Shown here: piece after piece, positions 10,481 through 19,976 of the stretch | Position numbering within the stretch: the first letter of the stretch is position 1 | Layout: every line of letters begins with the position of its first letter | From: Yoonia sp. | GTDB lineage: Bacteria; Pseudomonadota; Alphaproteobacteria; Rhodobacterales; Rhodobacteraceae | Direction: 5' to 3' | Length of the DNA: 64,000 nucleotides | Assembly: GCF_036770585.1 (NCBI RefSeq) | Contig: NZ_DAIPIW010000004.1 | Span: 6,327 to 70,326 of the forward strand | Translations under genes and position numbers: made by a program | The notes under the pieces: model-generated | What the model saw: the letters and a program-made list of their open reading frames with translations, nothing else | The model's database searches: none | Told to the model about the DNA's origin: nothing

Positions 10481-11602
10481 ATGAACGCCTTCACGCGCTC
10501 TGGCCGGCGGATGATAAGACTGTTCCGCAATCCCAAAGTGGACCAGTTGCTGAAGATCTATCATCGGGCGGGCGGGGCAATGAGGCAGGCCGCCTTCGAT
10601 AATCTCGGCCTTCACCACACACACTGGCGGATTGTCGATCCGGAAAACCTGACCACTTACACCTCGCTTGATCTTCAGACGCCCTGGCAGCTTGAACTTG
10701 CGGCTAAGGCCCCACCTGCGCTGCTCAAGAAGCGGTCTCTGCATCTTCTGGATGCGACTTGGCACTTCCACAGCATCGACCTGAGCACTTACAAGGCACT
10801 TTTCGAACGCGTCGCGCGGACCACGCCTTTGGCCAAATTCGTCATCATCGCCCGGACTCCTTTTTGCGCTTACAGGCTTGGGCAGGCGGGGATTGGCGCC
10901 ATCCAGGCAAACAGTTCCGCATTCGAGGACGATCGCGCCTGGTCAATCGAAGAACCGCCCTCTGGTGGGGCCCCACGGTACGAGGCGATCTACAACGCAC
11001 GCCTTTTGGACTGGAAGAACCATCACCTGACGAAGGCATTGAAGAACCAGCTCTTTGTCTATGAACACCCCGGACAAGACAGCGATCTGGTTCACGGTTT
11101 TCGCAAGGACTTTCCAAACGCCTGTTTTGCCAATCACGACCTCAACGATGGCATCTACAGGTATTTCGACGAAAAAGACCTGAGCAGGCTTCTCGCCGAC
11201 GCTCATGTCTCGCTCGCCCTCTCTTTTAAGGAAGGCTTCATGCGGGCGTCCCTGCAATCTTTGCTGGCCGGCAAACCCGTGGTCACTGTCGAGAACATTG
11301 GCGGAAGAAGCCGATTCTACCATGATGACACCGCGCTATTCGTCGCGCCGACCCCAGAAGCGGTGAAGGCCGGTGTCCATGTCCTGAAAGAGCGGCGTCT
11401 GTCTCCTGAATTTGTCCGTCGCGAGGCGATGAAGTTGCTCCAGATCGAGCGCCGCGATGTCATGGAATCGATCAATGGCATCAGGGGTGATGTCTTTGGG
11501 CCGACAGCCCGAACCCTCGATTTCGAAGCGTTTCGTGGCATCAAGTTCAGGCGTGCACCGGTGCTTGATTTCTGGCAGGCGCTGGAACAGGCCGTGGGCT
11601 GA
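10481..11602 (+). CDS. Putative GT-B glycosyltransferase (GT4-like)
   Basis: LSFKEGFMRASLQSLLAGKPVV resembles the GT4 E-x7-E...GxPVV signature; codon usage looks less GC-biased than neighbours. Confidence 0.55.
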   Translation: MNAFTRSGRRMIRLFRNPKVDQLLKIYHRAGGAMRQAAFDNLGLHHTHWRIVDPENLTTYTSLDLQTPWQLELAAKAPPALLKKRSLHLLDATWHFHSIDLSTYKALFERVARTTPLAKFVIIARTPFCAYRLGQAGIGAIQANSSAFEDDRAWSIEEPPSGGAPRYEAIYNARLLDWKNHHLTKALKNQLFVYEHPGQDSDLVHGFRKDFPNACFANHDLNDGIYRYFDEKDLSRLLADAHVSLALSFKEGFMRASLQSLLAGKPVVTVENIGGRSRFYHDDTALFVAPTPEAVKAGVHVLKERRLSPEFVRREAMKLLQIERRDVMESINGIRGDVFGPTARTLDFEAFRGIKFRRAPVLDFWQALEQAVG

Positions 11603-11667
11603 GACGCGCGCAGGTCATCTGCGTTTTGCCCCTTTCCCATGCCCGCGCATCGGCGCATGTATGCGGC

Positions 11668-12903
11668 ATGAATCAATCCTCTGGATACATCCGTTTCATC
11701 CGCGAGAATCTGCCCTTTCTCGGGACGGGGTTTCTGTTGTCGTTTCTTTCCAGTTTCGGGCAAACCTTTTTCATCTCGATCTTCGGCGGCGAGATCCGTG
11801 AGGCTTATGGTCTCAGCAACGGAGACTGGGGCCTGCTTTATATGGTGGGCACGGGGGCTTCGGCGCTGGTCATGATCTTTGCGGGCGGGCTGGCCGACCA
11901 CTTTCGCGTGCGGACCTTGGGAATTCTGGTGGTCTGGCTTCTGGCGTCGGCCTGCCTTTTCATGGCCTTCAACAGCATCGCGGCCCTGCTGCCATTGGTG
12001 ATCTTCTGCCTGCGGTTCACCGGACAGGGCATGACCACCCATGTGGCGACCGTTGCCATGGCGCGCTGGTTCGTCGCCTCGCGGGGGCGCGCGCTTGCCG
12101 TTGCGGCCTTCGGTTTCATGCTGGGCGAGGCGACGCTGCCGCTTTCGATGGTCTGGCTGAAAACGATGGTCGACTGGCGGACGATCTGGATCGGCTGCGC
12201 GGTCTTCGCGGTTCTGACAAGCGGCCTTCTCTACCATTTGCTGAAGCTTGAACGCACGCCGCAGGCGATGGCGGCCACAACCCATTCCGCCGGCATGAAC
12301 GGACGGCACTGGACCCGGGCCGAGGCGCTGCGGCATCCGCTTTTCTGGGCGATGGCACCGGCGGTGATGTCGCTTTCCGGTTTCGGCACCGCCTTCTGGT
12401 TCCATCAGGTGCATTTCGCCGAAATCAAGGGCTGGTCGCATCTGGCGCTGGTGTCGGTCTTCCCGCTTGGCACGATCACTCTGGCGGGCTCGACCATCCT
12501 TTATGGTTGGGCCATCGACCGTTTCGGCGCTACGCGCCTCTTGCCCATCTACCTGATCCCGCTGGTGATTGCCTTCGTGCTGCACTGGTATGCCCCGTCG
12601 CTTGGCTGGACCGCCTTCGCGATTGTGCTGATGGGGCTGGCAGGCGGTGGGCAGGCGACCTTGCTGAACGCCTGCTGGGCCGAGTTCTACGGCACCCGCC
12701 ATATCGGCGCGATCAAGGCGGCGGCTGCGGCGCTGATGGTCCTTGGGTCCGCCATCGGCCCCGGGCTGAGCGGCTGGCTGATCGACGCCGGGCTCGGCTT
12801 CGAGGTGCAGCAACTGGGCTATGCCGCCGCCTTTGCCTTTGCAGCGCTGATCCTGATTGTTCCCACGCGCCGCGCGCAAGCGGCCTTAACGGCTGCGGCG
12901 TAG
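11668..12903 (+). CDS. MFS transporter
   Basis: About 12 TM segments; GGLADHFRVR and GWAIDRFGAT motif-A loops; ATG at 11668 chosen as start. Confidence 0.88.
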   Translation: MNQSSGYIRFIRENLPFLGTGFLLSFLSSFGQTFFISIFGGEIREAYGLSNGDWGLLYMVGTGASALVMIFAGGLADHFRVRTLGILVVWLLASACLFMAFNSIAALLPLVIFCLRFTGQGMTTHVATVAMARWFVASRGRALAVAAFGFMLGEATLPLSMVWLKTMVDWRTIWIGCAVFAVLTSGLLYHLLKLERTPQAMAATTHSAGMNGRHWTRAEALRHPLFWAMAPAVMSLSGFGTAFWFHQVHFAEIKGWSHLALVSVFPLGTITLAGSTILYGWAIDRFGATRLLPIYLIPLVIAFVLHWYAPSLGWTAFAIVLMGLAGGGQATLLNACWAEFYGTRHIGAIKAAAAALMVLGSAIGPGLSGWLIDAGLGFEVQQLGYAAAFAFAALILIVPTRRAQAALTAAA

Positions 12904-13482
12904 GTAGACGTAATAGGCCCCGTGCCCGCCATGCCGGATATGGGCGGGGGTCACCTGCAAGACCGCCTGCGCCAAGGGGGGCAGTGCCAGCCACTGCGGC
13001 ACCTGATGCCGCAAGACACCCTGCCGCACGGGGATCGGTCCGCCATCGTCGCGGTCCTTGCCCTTGCCGGTGATCACCAGCACCAACCGCCGCCCCACCG
13101 CTTGCGAGCCGAGGATAAACGCCGTCAGTTCCGGATGCGCCTCGGCGATGGTCATGCCATGCAGGTCGATCCGCGCCTCGGGCTTCAGTTTGCCACGGGT
13201 CATGCGACGGTGGGCGCGGCTGTCCATGTTTACCTGCGCCGATGACATGCGTTCGGCGATCGGTCCCAAAAGATCATGGGCCGGGGTCATCTTGGCCTTC
13301 TGGCCGATCCGGAAATCAGGCAAGGGCGCGCTGCGGTCATCCGGTTTGGGCTGCATCGGCGCCTTCGGGGGCGGCTCGGTCGCCGGTGCGGGCAAGGGCC
13401 TGTCGCCCCGCCGCTCTGTGCGCGCCGCGACCTTGTCCCAAAGGGCGCGCTCTTCCGGCGAAAGATGGCGGGGCCTACGCAT
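12886..13482 (-). CDS. Smr/MutS-family endonuclease domain protein
   Basis: IDLHGMT, VITGKG, HGGHGAYYVYL Smr motifs. Confidence 0.9.
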   Translation of the reverse strand: MRRPRHLSPEERALWDKVAARTERRGDRPLPAPATEPPPKAPMQPKPDDRSAPLPDFRIGQKAKMTPAHDLLGPIAERMSSAQVNMDSRAHRRMTRGKLKPEARIDLHGMTIAEAHPELTAFILGSQAVGRRLVLVITGKGKDRDDGGPIPVRQGVLRHQVPQWLALPPLAQAVLQVTPAHIRHGGHGAYYVYLRRSR

Positions 13483-14431
13483 CGGCCGCACCCTTGCACA
13501 GCCTGTCCGCCAACACATGCGGCAAGAGCGTCACCATGCGCCCGCCATCCTTGACCGCCCCCGCCGCCTGACCCGCCTTTGCCCCGGTGCCAAAGAAGAT
13601 ATCCGCCCGCTGCGCCCCCTTGATGGCCGAGCCGGTATCCTGCGCCACCATCAACCGACAGAGCCGGACCGCGCCCGCTTTTTCGATCCAGACCGGCGCG
13701 CCCAGCGGTTGGACATCGGGATCGACCGCCAGCGTCCGGCCTGCGGTCACCGATTGGCCCAGCGCACCCAGCGGTCCATCTGTCGCGGGCACCGCGTCGA
13801 TCGGGCGGAAGAAGACAAAGCTTGCGTTTTCGCACAGGATCGCGGGCCCATGAGACCTGACATACGCGCGGATCGCCTCGGGGCTGACCGCATCCGCCGC
13901 AACGGCACCCCGTTCCACCAGCACCGCGCCGACCGAGGTATAGGGATGCCCGTTCTTTGCCGCGAACCCCAGCCGAAGCATCCCGCCATCGGGGAAGCGC
14001 ACACGTCCCGACCCCTGCACCTGCAGGAAGAACACATCGACCGGATCGGCGAACCACGCCAGTTCCAGCCCGCGCCCTTGCAGCGCGCCGCCTTCGATCT
14101 CGGCCCGGGTCAGATAGGGGGTGCCCGGGTCCAGATCGGGGGGCACGGCATAGGCCGGATAGCGGAAATGCGCGTCCTTGACGGGCGCGCCTGCAAGTTC
14201 TGGTTCATAATATCCGGTGAAGAGCGTAGCCCTGTCATCCACGATCAGGACAGGGGTGAAATTCGCCTCGAAATAGAGGCGCGCATCCACGCCCGCCCGT
14301 GGCAGCTCTGGCCAGTCGGGGCCAAGCGCCCCGCGCGTTATGCCAAAAACATCAAGGGCGGCCTGATGATCGTCATCAGCCCACCCCGTCAGGTCCGCGA
14401 AGGATCGTTTATGATAGCGCAATCCGGCCAC
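13475..14431 (-). CDS. mltA: Membrane-bound lytic transglycosylase A-type protein
   Basis: FTGYYEP, FFLQVQGSG, AQDTGSAIKG...RADIFFG (3D domain). Confidence 0.9.
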   Translation of the reverse strand: MAGLRYHKRSFADLTGWADDDHQAALDVFGITRGALGPDWPELPRAGVDARLYFEANFTPVLIVDDRATLFTGYYEPELAGAPVKDAHFRYPAYAVPPDLDPGTPYLTRAEIEGGALQGRGLELAWFADPVDVFFLQVQGSGRVRFPDGGMLRLGFAAKNGHPYTSVGAVLVERGAVAADAVSPEAIRAYVRSHGPAILCENASFVFFRPIDAVPATDGPLGALGQSVTAGRTLAVDPDVQPLGAPVWIEKAGAVRLCRLMVAQDTGSAIKGAQRADIFFGTGAKAGQAAGAVKDGGRMVTLLPHVLADRLCKGAADA

Positions 14432-14447
14432 CCTTTGGCCGCCGGAA

Positions 14448-15110
14448 TTATTCGCCGGTGGCGACCAAACGCCAGTTCGGATCGTCGGCGTCCATCTTGC
14501 GCGCGAAGGTCCATGTGTCCTTCATCCGCTTGATCTCTTTCACGCTGCCTTCGACGACTTCGCCTGCGGCATTGCGCACCACGGATGTCATCTCGGCCTT
14601 GAACCGGATCGAGACCTCGCCTTCTTTCGTGATCTCGTCAAACTGCGCGTCCACCAGCGTCATATCGCTGATCCCGATGAAATTCGCCTCGACCGACAGG
14701 TTCTGGCGCTGGCGTTCATCCACGACCGAGGCGAAAGCCTCATACACGTCTTCGGAAATGAAGGGCAGGATGCTGTCCAGATCGCCATTCTCGAAGGCCA
14801 TCAGGATCATCTCATAGGCGCCGCGCGCACCGCCGAGAAATTCGCTGACGTTGAAGGACGGATCGACCCGCTTCATCGCGGCAAGCGCTTTGGCGTCATC
14901 GGACCCGTCTTCGACATAGTCGGTGATATCAAGATCAGGCCCGCCTTCGATCACGTCAAAGTCAGGGCGACCGATGCGGTTTGCCGGTTCGGCCCGCGTG
15001 ACGGCGGGTTTTTCAAAACCCTCCCGCGTGCCAAGCACCCCGCGCAACCGCAGAATCAGAAAGACAGCGATGGCCGCAAGTACCAGAAGCTGAATAATCG
15101 AAGAGTTCAT
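14448..15110 (-). CDS. timA: Tim44/TimA family protein
   Basis: N-terminal TM, LRGVLGTREGFE, FLGGARGAYEMI, DTWTFAR...PNWRLVAT. Confidence 0.88.
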   Translation of the reverse strand: MNSSIIQLLVLAAIAVFLILRLRGVLGTREGFEKPAVTRAEPANRIGRPDFDVIEGGPDLDITDYVEDGSDDAKALAAMKRVDPSFNVSEFLGGARGAYEMILMAFENGDLDSILPFISEDVYEAFASVVDERQRQNLSVEANFIGISDMTLVDAQFDEITKEGEVSIRFKAEMTSVVRNAAGEVVEGSVKEIKRMKDTWTFARKMDADDPNWRLVATGE

Positions 15111-15221
15111 TTCTACCTCGTCTGGGTGAGGGCATGGAAAACCGCCCCTTGGCTTATTATGTAGGTCACGGGTCGGGCCGAGTCCACCGTGCCCCCGAAA
15201 CTGTTATGAAAGGCCAAGGCC

Positions 15222-15707
15222 ATGTGGCTGCTCGCGGCATTTATCGCGGTCCCGATGATCGAAATCGCGCTGTTCATTCAGGTGGGTGGTGTGATCGGCG
15301 TCTGGTGGACCCTTCTGATCGTTCTGGCAACGGCGGTCGCCGGTTCGTTTCTCGTCCGCAGTCAGGGCGCACGCGAGCTGTCGAACCTGCAACGCGCCTT
15401 CAATGACCTCGACGATCCGACAGAACCCCTTGCCAATGGGGCGATGATCCTTTTCGCAGGTGCGCTTTTGCTGACACCCGGTTTCTTCACCGATGTGGTG
15501 GGTCTGTCGCTGCTCGTGCCAGCCGTGCGGCGGCGCGCGTTTCTCTGGGCCAGGTCCCGCGTCAAGGTGGAAGGTTTCAGGGTGGACACGGGCCAGCAGC
15601 CGCCACGGTCACATCGGCCCGACGACCGCGTCATCGACGGCGAATTCGAAGAGGTTTCGCCCCAAAAGCCGACGCACCGCCCACCATCCGAGTGGACACG
15701 GCATTGA
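15222..15707 (+). CDS. fxsA: FxsA family membrane protein
   Basis: PMIEIALFI, LLLTPGFFTD, VIDGEFE. Confidence 0.9.
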   Translation: MWLLAAFIAVPMIEIALFIQVGGVIGVWWTLLIVLATAVAGSFLVRSQGARELSNLQRAFNDLDDPTEPLANGAMILFAGALLLTPGFFTDVVGLSLLVPAVRRRAFLWARSRVKVEGFRVDTGQQPPRSHRPDDRVIDGEFEEVSPQKPTHRPPSEWTRH

Positions 15708-15764
15708 GCCTCTGCCCGTAGCCTGCTAGGAACGCCCGAACCTTTTTGAACCGGAGCCGTTCTT

Positions 15765-16271
15765 ATGTCCGATACCCCCGAAAACGGTGCCGCAGCGCCC
15801 CAGACGCCCGCCGCCGCACCCCAAGTGTCCAGTCGTGTGCTGGCGCAATACATCCGCGATATGTCTTTCGAGAATATCCTTGCCCAAAAGGGCGTGACCG
15901 GCGACGCGCAGCCTGAAATCCAGGTGCAGGTGAACCTCGATGCGCGCAAGCGCAAGCCCGACGACCAATACGAGGTGATCACCAAACTGAACATCACCAG
16001 CAAGACCAAGGAAAAGGGCGAGCCTCTGTTCGTTCTGGAACTGGAATACGCCGGTGTCTTCGAGGTGAAAGGCGTACCCGAGGAACAGATGCACCCCTAC
16101 CTTCTGATCGAATGTCCGCGCATCACCTTCCCGTTCCTGCGCCGGATCGTCAGCGACATCACCCGTGACGGTGGCTTCCCGCCGCTGAACCTTGAGACAA
16201 TCGACTTTCTGGCACTCTACCGCTCGGAACTCGCCCGTCGGGTCGAGGCGGAAAAAGCCAAGGCCAACTAG
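15765..16271 (+). CDS. secB: Protein export chaperone SecB
   Basis: QYIRDMSFEN, ELEYAGVF, CPRITFPF, GGFPPLNL. Confidence 0.95.
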   Translation: MSDTPENGAAAPQTPAAAPQVSSRVLAQYIRDMSFENILAQKGVTGDAQPEIQVQVNLDARKRKPDDQYEVITKLNITSKTKEKGEPLFVLELEYAGVFEVKGVPEEQMHPYLLIECPRITFPFLRRIVSDITRDGGFPPLNLETIDFLALYRSELARRVEAEKAKAN

Positions 16272-17002
16272 GCCAGTTTCTTCCAGACAGCGCCGTCGCC
16301 CAGTCTGTCCACAAAGGCGGCATGGGCGGCGGTCTCTTCTTGCGAGATACGCGAAGCGAGCGGGGTCGGGCGGGGCATCGGGCGCCAGCCATCCCCACTT
16401 TGGCCCGACATCTCGGGGGCATCCGCGCTTGCCAACCCGAAGTCCGGCTGCCGCCCGCCGATAAGTTCCAGATAGACATCCGCCAGAATTTCACTGTCCA
16501 GCAGCGCGCCGTGCAATGTCCGCGCGGTGTTGTCGATGGCAAAACGGCGGCAAAGCGCGTCGAGCGAGGCGGGCGAGCCGGGGAATTTTCGCCGCGCAAT
16601 CGCCAGAGTGTCGATCGCCTGATCCATTGGAAGTTGCCGCAGGTCCATCCGGTGCAACTCGAAATTGAGGAATTTCATATCGAAAGCCGCGTTGTGGATC
16701 ACCAGTTTCGCGTCCCCGACGAAGTCCAGAAAGCGCTGGCCGACGTCCGCAAAGACGGGCTTGTCCTTCAGCGTCTGCTGGCCCGGTTTGGCAGGCTGGG
16801 GCGGTTCCAGAAGATCGGGACCAATGCCATGCACCTCGAAGGCTTCGGCGGGCATCGACCGTTCGGGGTTGATATAGACGTGAAACGTGCGGCCCGTGGG
16901 CACATGGCCGATCAGTTCGACGGCACCGATCTCGACGATACGGTCGCCCTCGGCCGGTTCAAAACCCGTAGTTTCCGTATCCAGCACGATCTCACGCATC
17001 AT
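16268..17002 (-). CDS. dnaQ: DNA polymerase III epsilon subunit
   Basis: LDTETTG, HNAAFD, HGALLDSEIL (Exo I-III). Confidence 0.96.
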   Translation of the reverse strand: MMREIVLDTETTGFEPAEGDRIVEIGAVELIGHVPTGRTFHVYINPERSMPAEAFEVHGIGPDLLEPPQPAKPGQQTLKDKPVFADVGQRFLDFVGDAKLVIHNAAFDMKFLNFELHRMDLRQLPMDQAIDTLAIARRKFPGSPASLDALCRRFAIDNTARTLHGALLDSEILADVYLELIGGRQPDFGLASADAPEMSGQSGDGWRPMPRPTPLASRISQEETAAHAAFVDRLGDGAVWKKLA

Positions 17003-17582
17003 TTGCCCCCGTCAGTTTCGCGATCAGGTGTCGCACGGCTGCGCGGGTGTCGTCCAGCGTCAGGGTCTCGATCACATGATCGGCCTTGCGGCGTTTGTCG
17101 GCATCCGGCATCTGGCGGGCAAGGATCTGCGCCAGAATTGCCTCATCCATCGCGCCACGGGCCAGAACCCGCGCTTTCTGCACATCCGCAGGGGCGGTGA
17201 CGACCAGAACCGAATCCAGCCAGGCCTCGGCGCCGGTCTCGAACAGCAGCGGGATATCAAACACCACCAGCGGCGCATCCTGAGCCGCCAGAAAGGCCGC
17301 ACGGTCCGCCGCGACAAGGGGGTGGACGATGCTTTCCAGCGTCTTGATCAGCGACGGATCCGTGGCGAGGCAGGCCTTCAATACCCCGCGATCTACCGCA
17401 CCATCTATCACAGCTTCGGGGATGGCTTCGGCGATGGCCGGCACCGCCGCACCGCCTTTGGCGTAAAGCCGGTGCACGACCATATCCGCATCCCAGACCG
17501 GCACGCTTTCATCACGGAACATCTGGGCCGTGGTGGATTTGCCCATCCCGATGGACCCGGTCAGCCCCAGCAGATGTGTCAC
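16992..17582 (-). CDS. coaE: Dephospho-CoA kinase
   Basis: GLTGSIGMGKST, DIPLLFE. Confidence 0.95.
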   Translation of the reverse strand: MTHLLGLTGSIGMGKSTTAQMFRDESVPVWDADMVVHRLYAKGGAAVPAIAEAIPEAVIDGAVDRGVLKACLATDPSLIKTLESIVHPLVAADRAAFLAAQDAPLVVFDIPLLFETGAEAWLDSVLVVTAPADVQKARVLARGAMDEAILAQILARQMPDADKRRKADHVIETLTLDDTRAAVRHLIAKLTGANDA

Positions 17583-18406
17583 GCAAGCACCGCCGCGCGG
17601 GTCGCCTCGTCCACCTCGGGGCGCTGGCCGAACCAGCGCTCGAACCCCGGCACACCCTGATGCAAGAGCATCCCCAAACCATCGACAATCGTGCAGCCCC
17701 GCCTTTCGGCAGCGGCCAGAAACGGGGTCATAAGCGGGTTGTAGACGATATCCGTGACCACGGCGTCCTTGCGCAACAGATCAAGCGAGACCTTGAAGTC
17801 CGCCGCACCCTTCATGCCAAGCGAGGTGGTATTGACCACGGTCCGCGCCTCTTCCAGCATCATGTCGGCCTGCACCCAGTCGACCACCGAAATCCGCGCG
17901 CCGAAATCCGCGCGCAGGGCTTCGGACTTGGGGCGGGTGCGGTTCGAGACGATGATCTCGGGCACGCCGGCATCGATCAGCGCCACGACGACCGCGCGGG
18001 CGGCACCACCGGCACCGAAGACCGCCGCAGGACCGGCTTTCGGGTCCCAGTGCGGAGCACCTTGGCGCAGGTTGGCGATAAATCCATAACCATCTGTGTT
18101 ATCGGCATAAATGCGACCGTCGCTTTTGAAGGTCAGCGTATTCGCGGCCCCGATCAGCGTTGCGCGATCGGTGATCTGGTCGGCAAAACCCAGCACGTTA
18201 ACCTTGTGCGGCAAAGTCACGTTCGCGCCGACGTAGCCCTCTTTGGGAAGGCGCGACAGGGTCTCTTCCAGCTGGTCCTCGGAAACCTCGAGGGCCGTAT
18301 ACGACCCGTCCAGCCCATACCGTTTCAACCAATAGCCATGCAGCTTCGGCGACAGGGAATGGCTGATCGGGTTCCCGATGACGGCAGCGCGGGGAAAATC
18401 ACTCAT
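17579..18406 (-). CDS. aroE: Shikimate dehydrogenase
   Basis: HSLSP, NVTLPHK, NTDGYGF, GAGGAAR, DGLGMLLHQ. Confidence 0.96.
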   Translation of the reverse strand: MSDFPRAAVIGNPISHSLSPKLHGYWLKRYGLDGSYTALEVSEDQLEETLSRLPKEGYVGANVTLPHKVNVLGFADQITDRATLIGAANTLTFKSDGRIYADNTDGYGFIANLRQGAPHWDPKAGPAAVFGAGGAARAVVVALIDAGVPEIIVSNRTRPKSEALRADFGARISVVDWVQADMMLEEARTVVNTTSLGMKGAADFKVSLDLLRKDAVVTDIVYNPLMTPFLAAAERRGCTIVDGLGMLLHQGVPGFERWFGQRPEVDEATRAAVLA

Positions 18407-19002
18407 GTCGGCAATGTCCCGCGTAGGGTGAGGTAAGACAAGAGTTCGACAAGCGGCAGGCCCAGCACGTTGAAATAATCTCCGTCGATGCGTGCAAAAA
18501 GTCGCACTCCTTCTTCTTCCAGCTTGTAGGCCCCGACCGCGTGGCGGATGCTGTCCCAGTTCCGGTCCACATAATTGGCAAGATAGGCGTCACTTGCGTC
18601 GCGCATATGCAGACGGACCACACCCACATGACGCCAGAGCGGCTTGCCCTCGCCATAGATGACCGCCGCCGAAAGGAGCTGGTGGGGCTTGCCGCGCAGC
18701 GCCTTCAACTGATCCAGCGCCTGCGCAGGGGTTTCCGGTTTGGAAAAGATCTCGGGCCCGAAAGCCAGCACTTGATCACAGCCGATCACCAGCGCATCGG
18801 GATGTTTCGCGGCGACACGCTGGGCCTTGAATTCGGCCAGCGCGTCCGCGACATCCCGCGGGCTCGCCCCTTCGGCGCAAAGCGAGGCCCGGATCGCGTC
18901 TTCATCGATCCGAGCGGGCACGACAGAAATTTCCAATCCGGCATTCCGCAACAGTTGCGCGCGGATTTCGGAACCAGAGGCGAGAACCAGATGTTCGGAC
19001 AT
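18403..19002 (-). CDS. maf: Maf family nucleoside triphosphate pyrophosphatase
   Basis: LVLASGS, IGCDQ, FSKP, VLGLPL; start set at ATG 19002. Confidence 0.92.
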   Translation of the reverse strand: MSEHLVLASGSEIRAQLLRNAGLEISVVPARIDEDAIRASLCAEGASPRDVADALAEFKAQRVAAKHPDALVIGCDQVLAFGPEIFSKPETPAQALDQLKALRGKPHQLLSAAVIYGEGKPLWRHVGVVRLHMRDASDAYLANYVDRNWDSIRHAVGAYKLEEEGVRLFARIDGDYFNVLGLPLVELLSYLTLRGTLPT

Positions 19003-19372
19003 GTGCATAACCTTCGGGAAAACCCCTGTGTCACCCTGAGGGCGAACATCCCCAGAAATAGCACTCGGGACGATATGGCCCAGCGACAATCGGATCCGGG
19101 GCGACTATCAGCATATTCTCCACCGTGGATTGGGATAACCGGCCGCTGTGGACGAATCGTGCATTGTCGCCCCGACGCGGTAGAAACACAAAATGACAAG
19201 ACCGACCATGATTAACTAAATACTTGTTTTAATTAAGAAATAAGTGAATACCCGAACGGGAAACAGTCGTCCGGCCCGATGCCTGCCTTGGGATAACTCT
19301 GCGGATGAAAAAACAACCCACAGAAATCCGCCCCTCAAACAACAACATCATCTTTTCTTTCTTTCTTCATTT
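19002..19372. other. Putative chromosomal replication origin (oriC)
   Basis: About 400 bp non-coding gap; DnaA-box-like 9-mers TTATGCACA (rc, 19002-19010), TTATCCCAA (rc, 19130 and 19288), TCGTCCACA (rc, 19147), TCATCCGCA (rc, 19300); AT-rich 19209-19250; beside mnmE-mnmG-rsmG-parAB and parS. Confidence 0.75.
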
Positions 19373-19406
19373 ATGAAAGAAGGACAATGGCAAGACAGGG
19401 CAAGAC

Positions 19407-19856
19407 ATGATCGAATTTCTGTATACGATTTATCCTTGGATCAAGGCGTTGCACATCATGGCGGTGATCGCCTGGATGGCGGGGCTGTTTTATCTGCCGA
19501 GGCTCTATGTCTATCACGCGGAACGGGCGACGGTCGGATCGGAACTCGACCAGACATTTCAGATCATGGAAGAAAAGCTGCTGCGCGTGATCATGAACCC
19601 TTCGATGATCGTCGCATGGGTGGCAGGGTTGATCATGCTGGGTCTCGGGGTCTTTGACTGGGGGGCGGCCTGGTCCTGGATCAAGATCGCATCGGTGCTG
19701 GCGATGACATGGGCGCATATGTGGATGGCCGCACGGCGCAAGGAATTCGCGGCCGGCACGAACACGCGCACGGGACGGCAATACCGCATCTTCAACGAGG
19801 TGCCGACCGTCCTGATGTTTCTGATCGTCATCGCGGTGATCGTGCGGCCGTTCTAG
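19407..19856 (+). CDS. hemJ: Protoporphyrinogen IX oxidase HemJ
   Basis: WIKALHI...WMAGLFYLPRLYVYH, YRIFNEVPT. Confidence 0.93.
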   Translation: MIEFLYTIYPWIKALHIMAVIAWMAGLFYLPRLYVYHAERATVGSELDQTFQIMEEKLLRVIMNPSMIVAWVAGLIMLGLGVFDWGAAWSWIKIASVLAMTWAHMWMAARRKEFAAGTNTRTGRQYRIFNEVPTVLMFLIVIAVIVRPF

Positions 19857-19976
19857 TGCCCGATTGACTCGCGGGTGATCCATCCCTATGTCTGGCCTCG
19901 CTTCCCGTCCGGGAAAGAGACTTCCATCTGAGAAACGAAACGCGCCGCCCCAAGGGGCAGGCCATTGGAATACGTG

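Noticed and set aside
19058..19084. ATAGCACTC as a CIRCE element, given hrcA nearby
   Set aside because: Only a half-site; no GAGTGCTAA 9 nt downstream.
19212..19236. CtrA box in the origin AT-rich patch
   Set aside because: TTAA half-sites are 13 and 17 nt apart, not TTAA-N7-TTAA.
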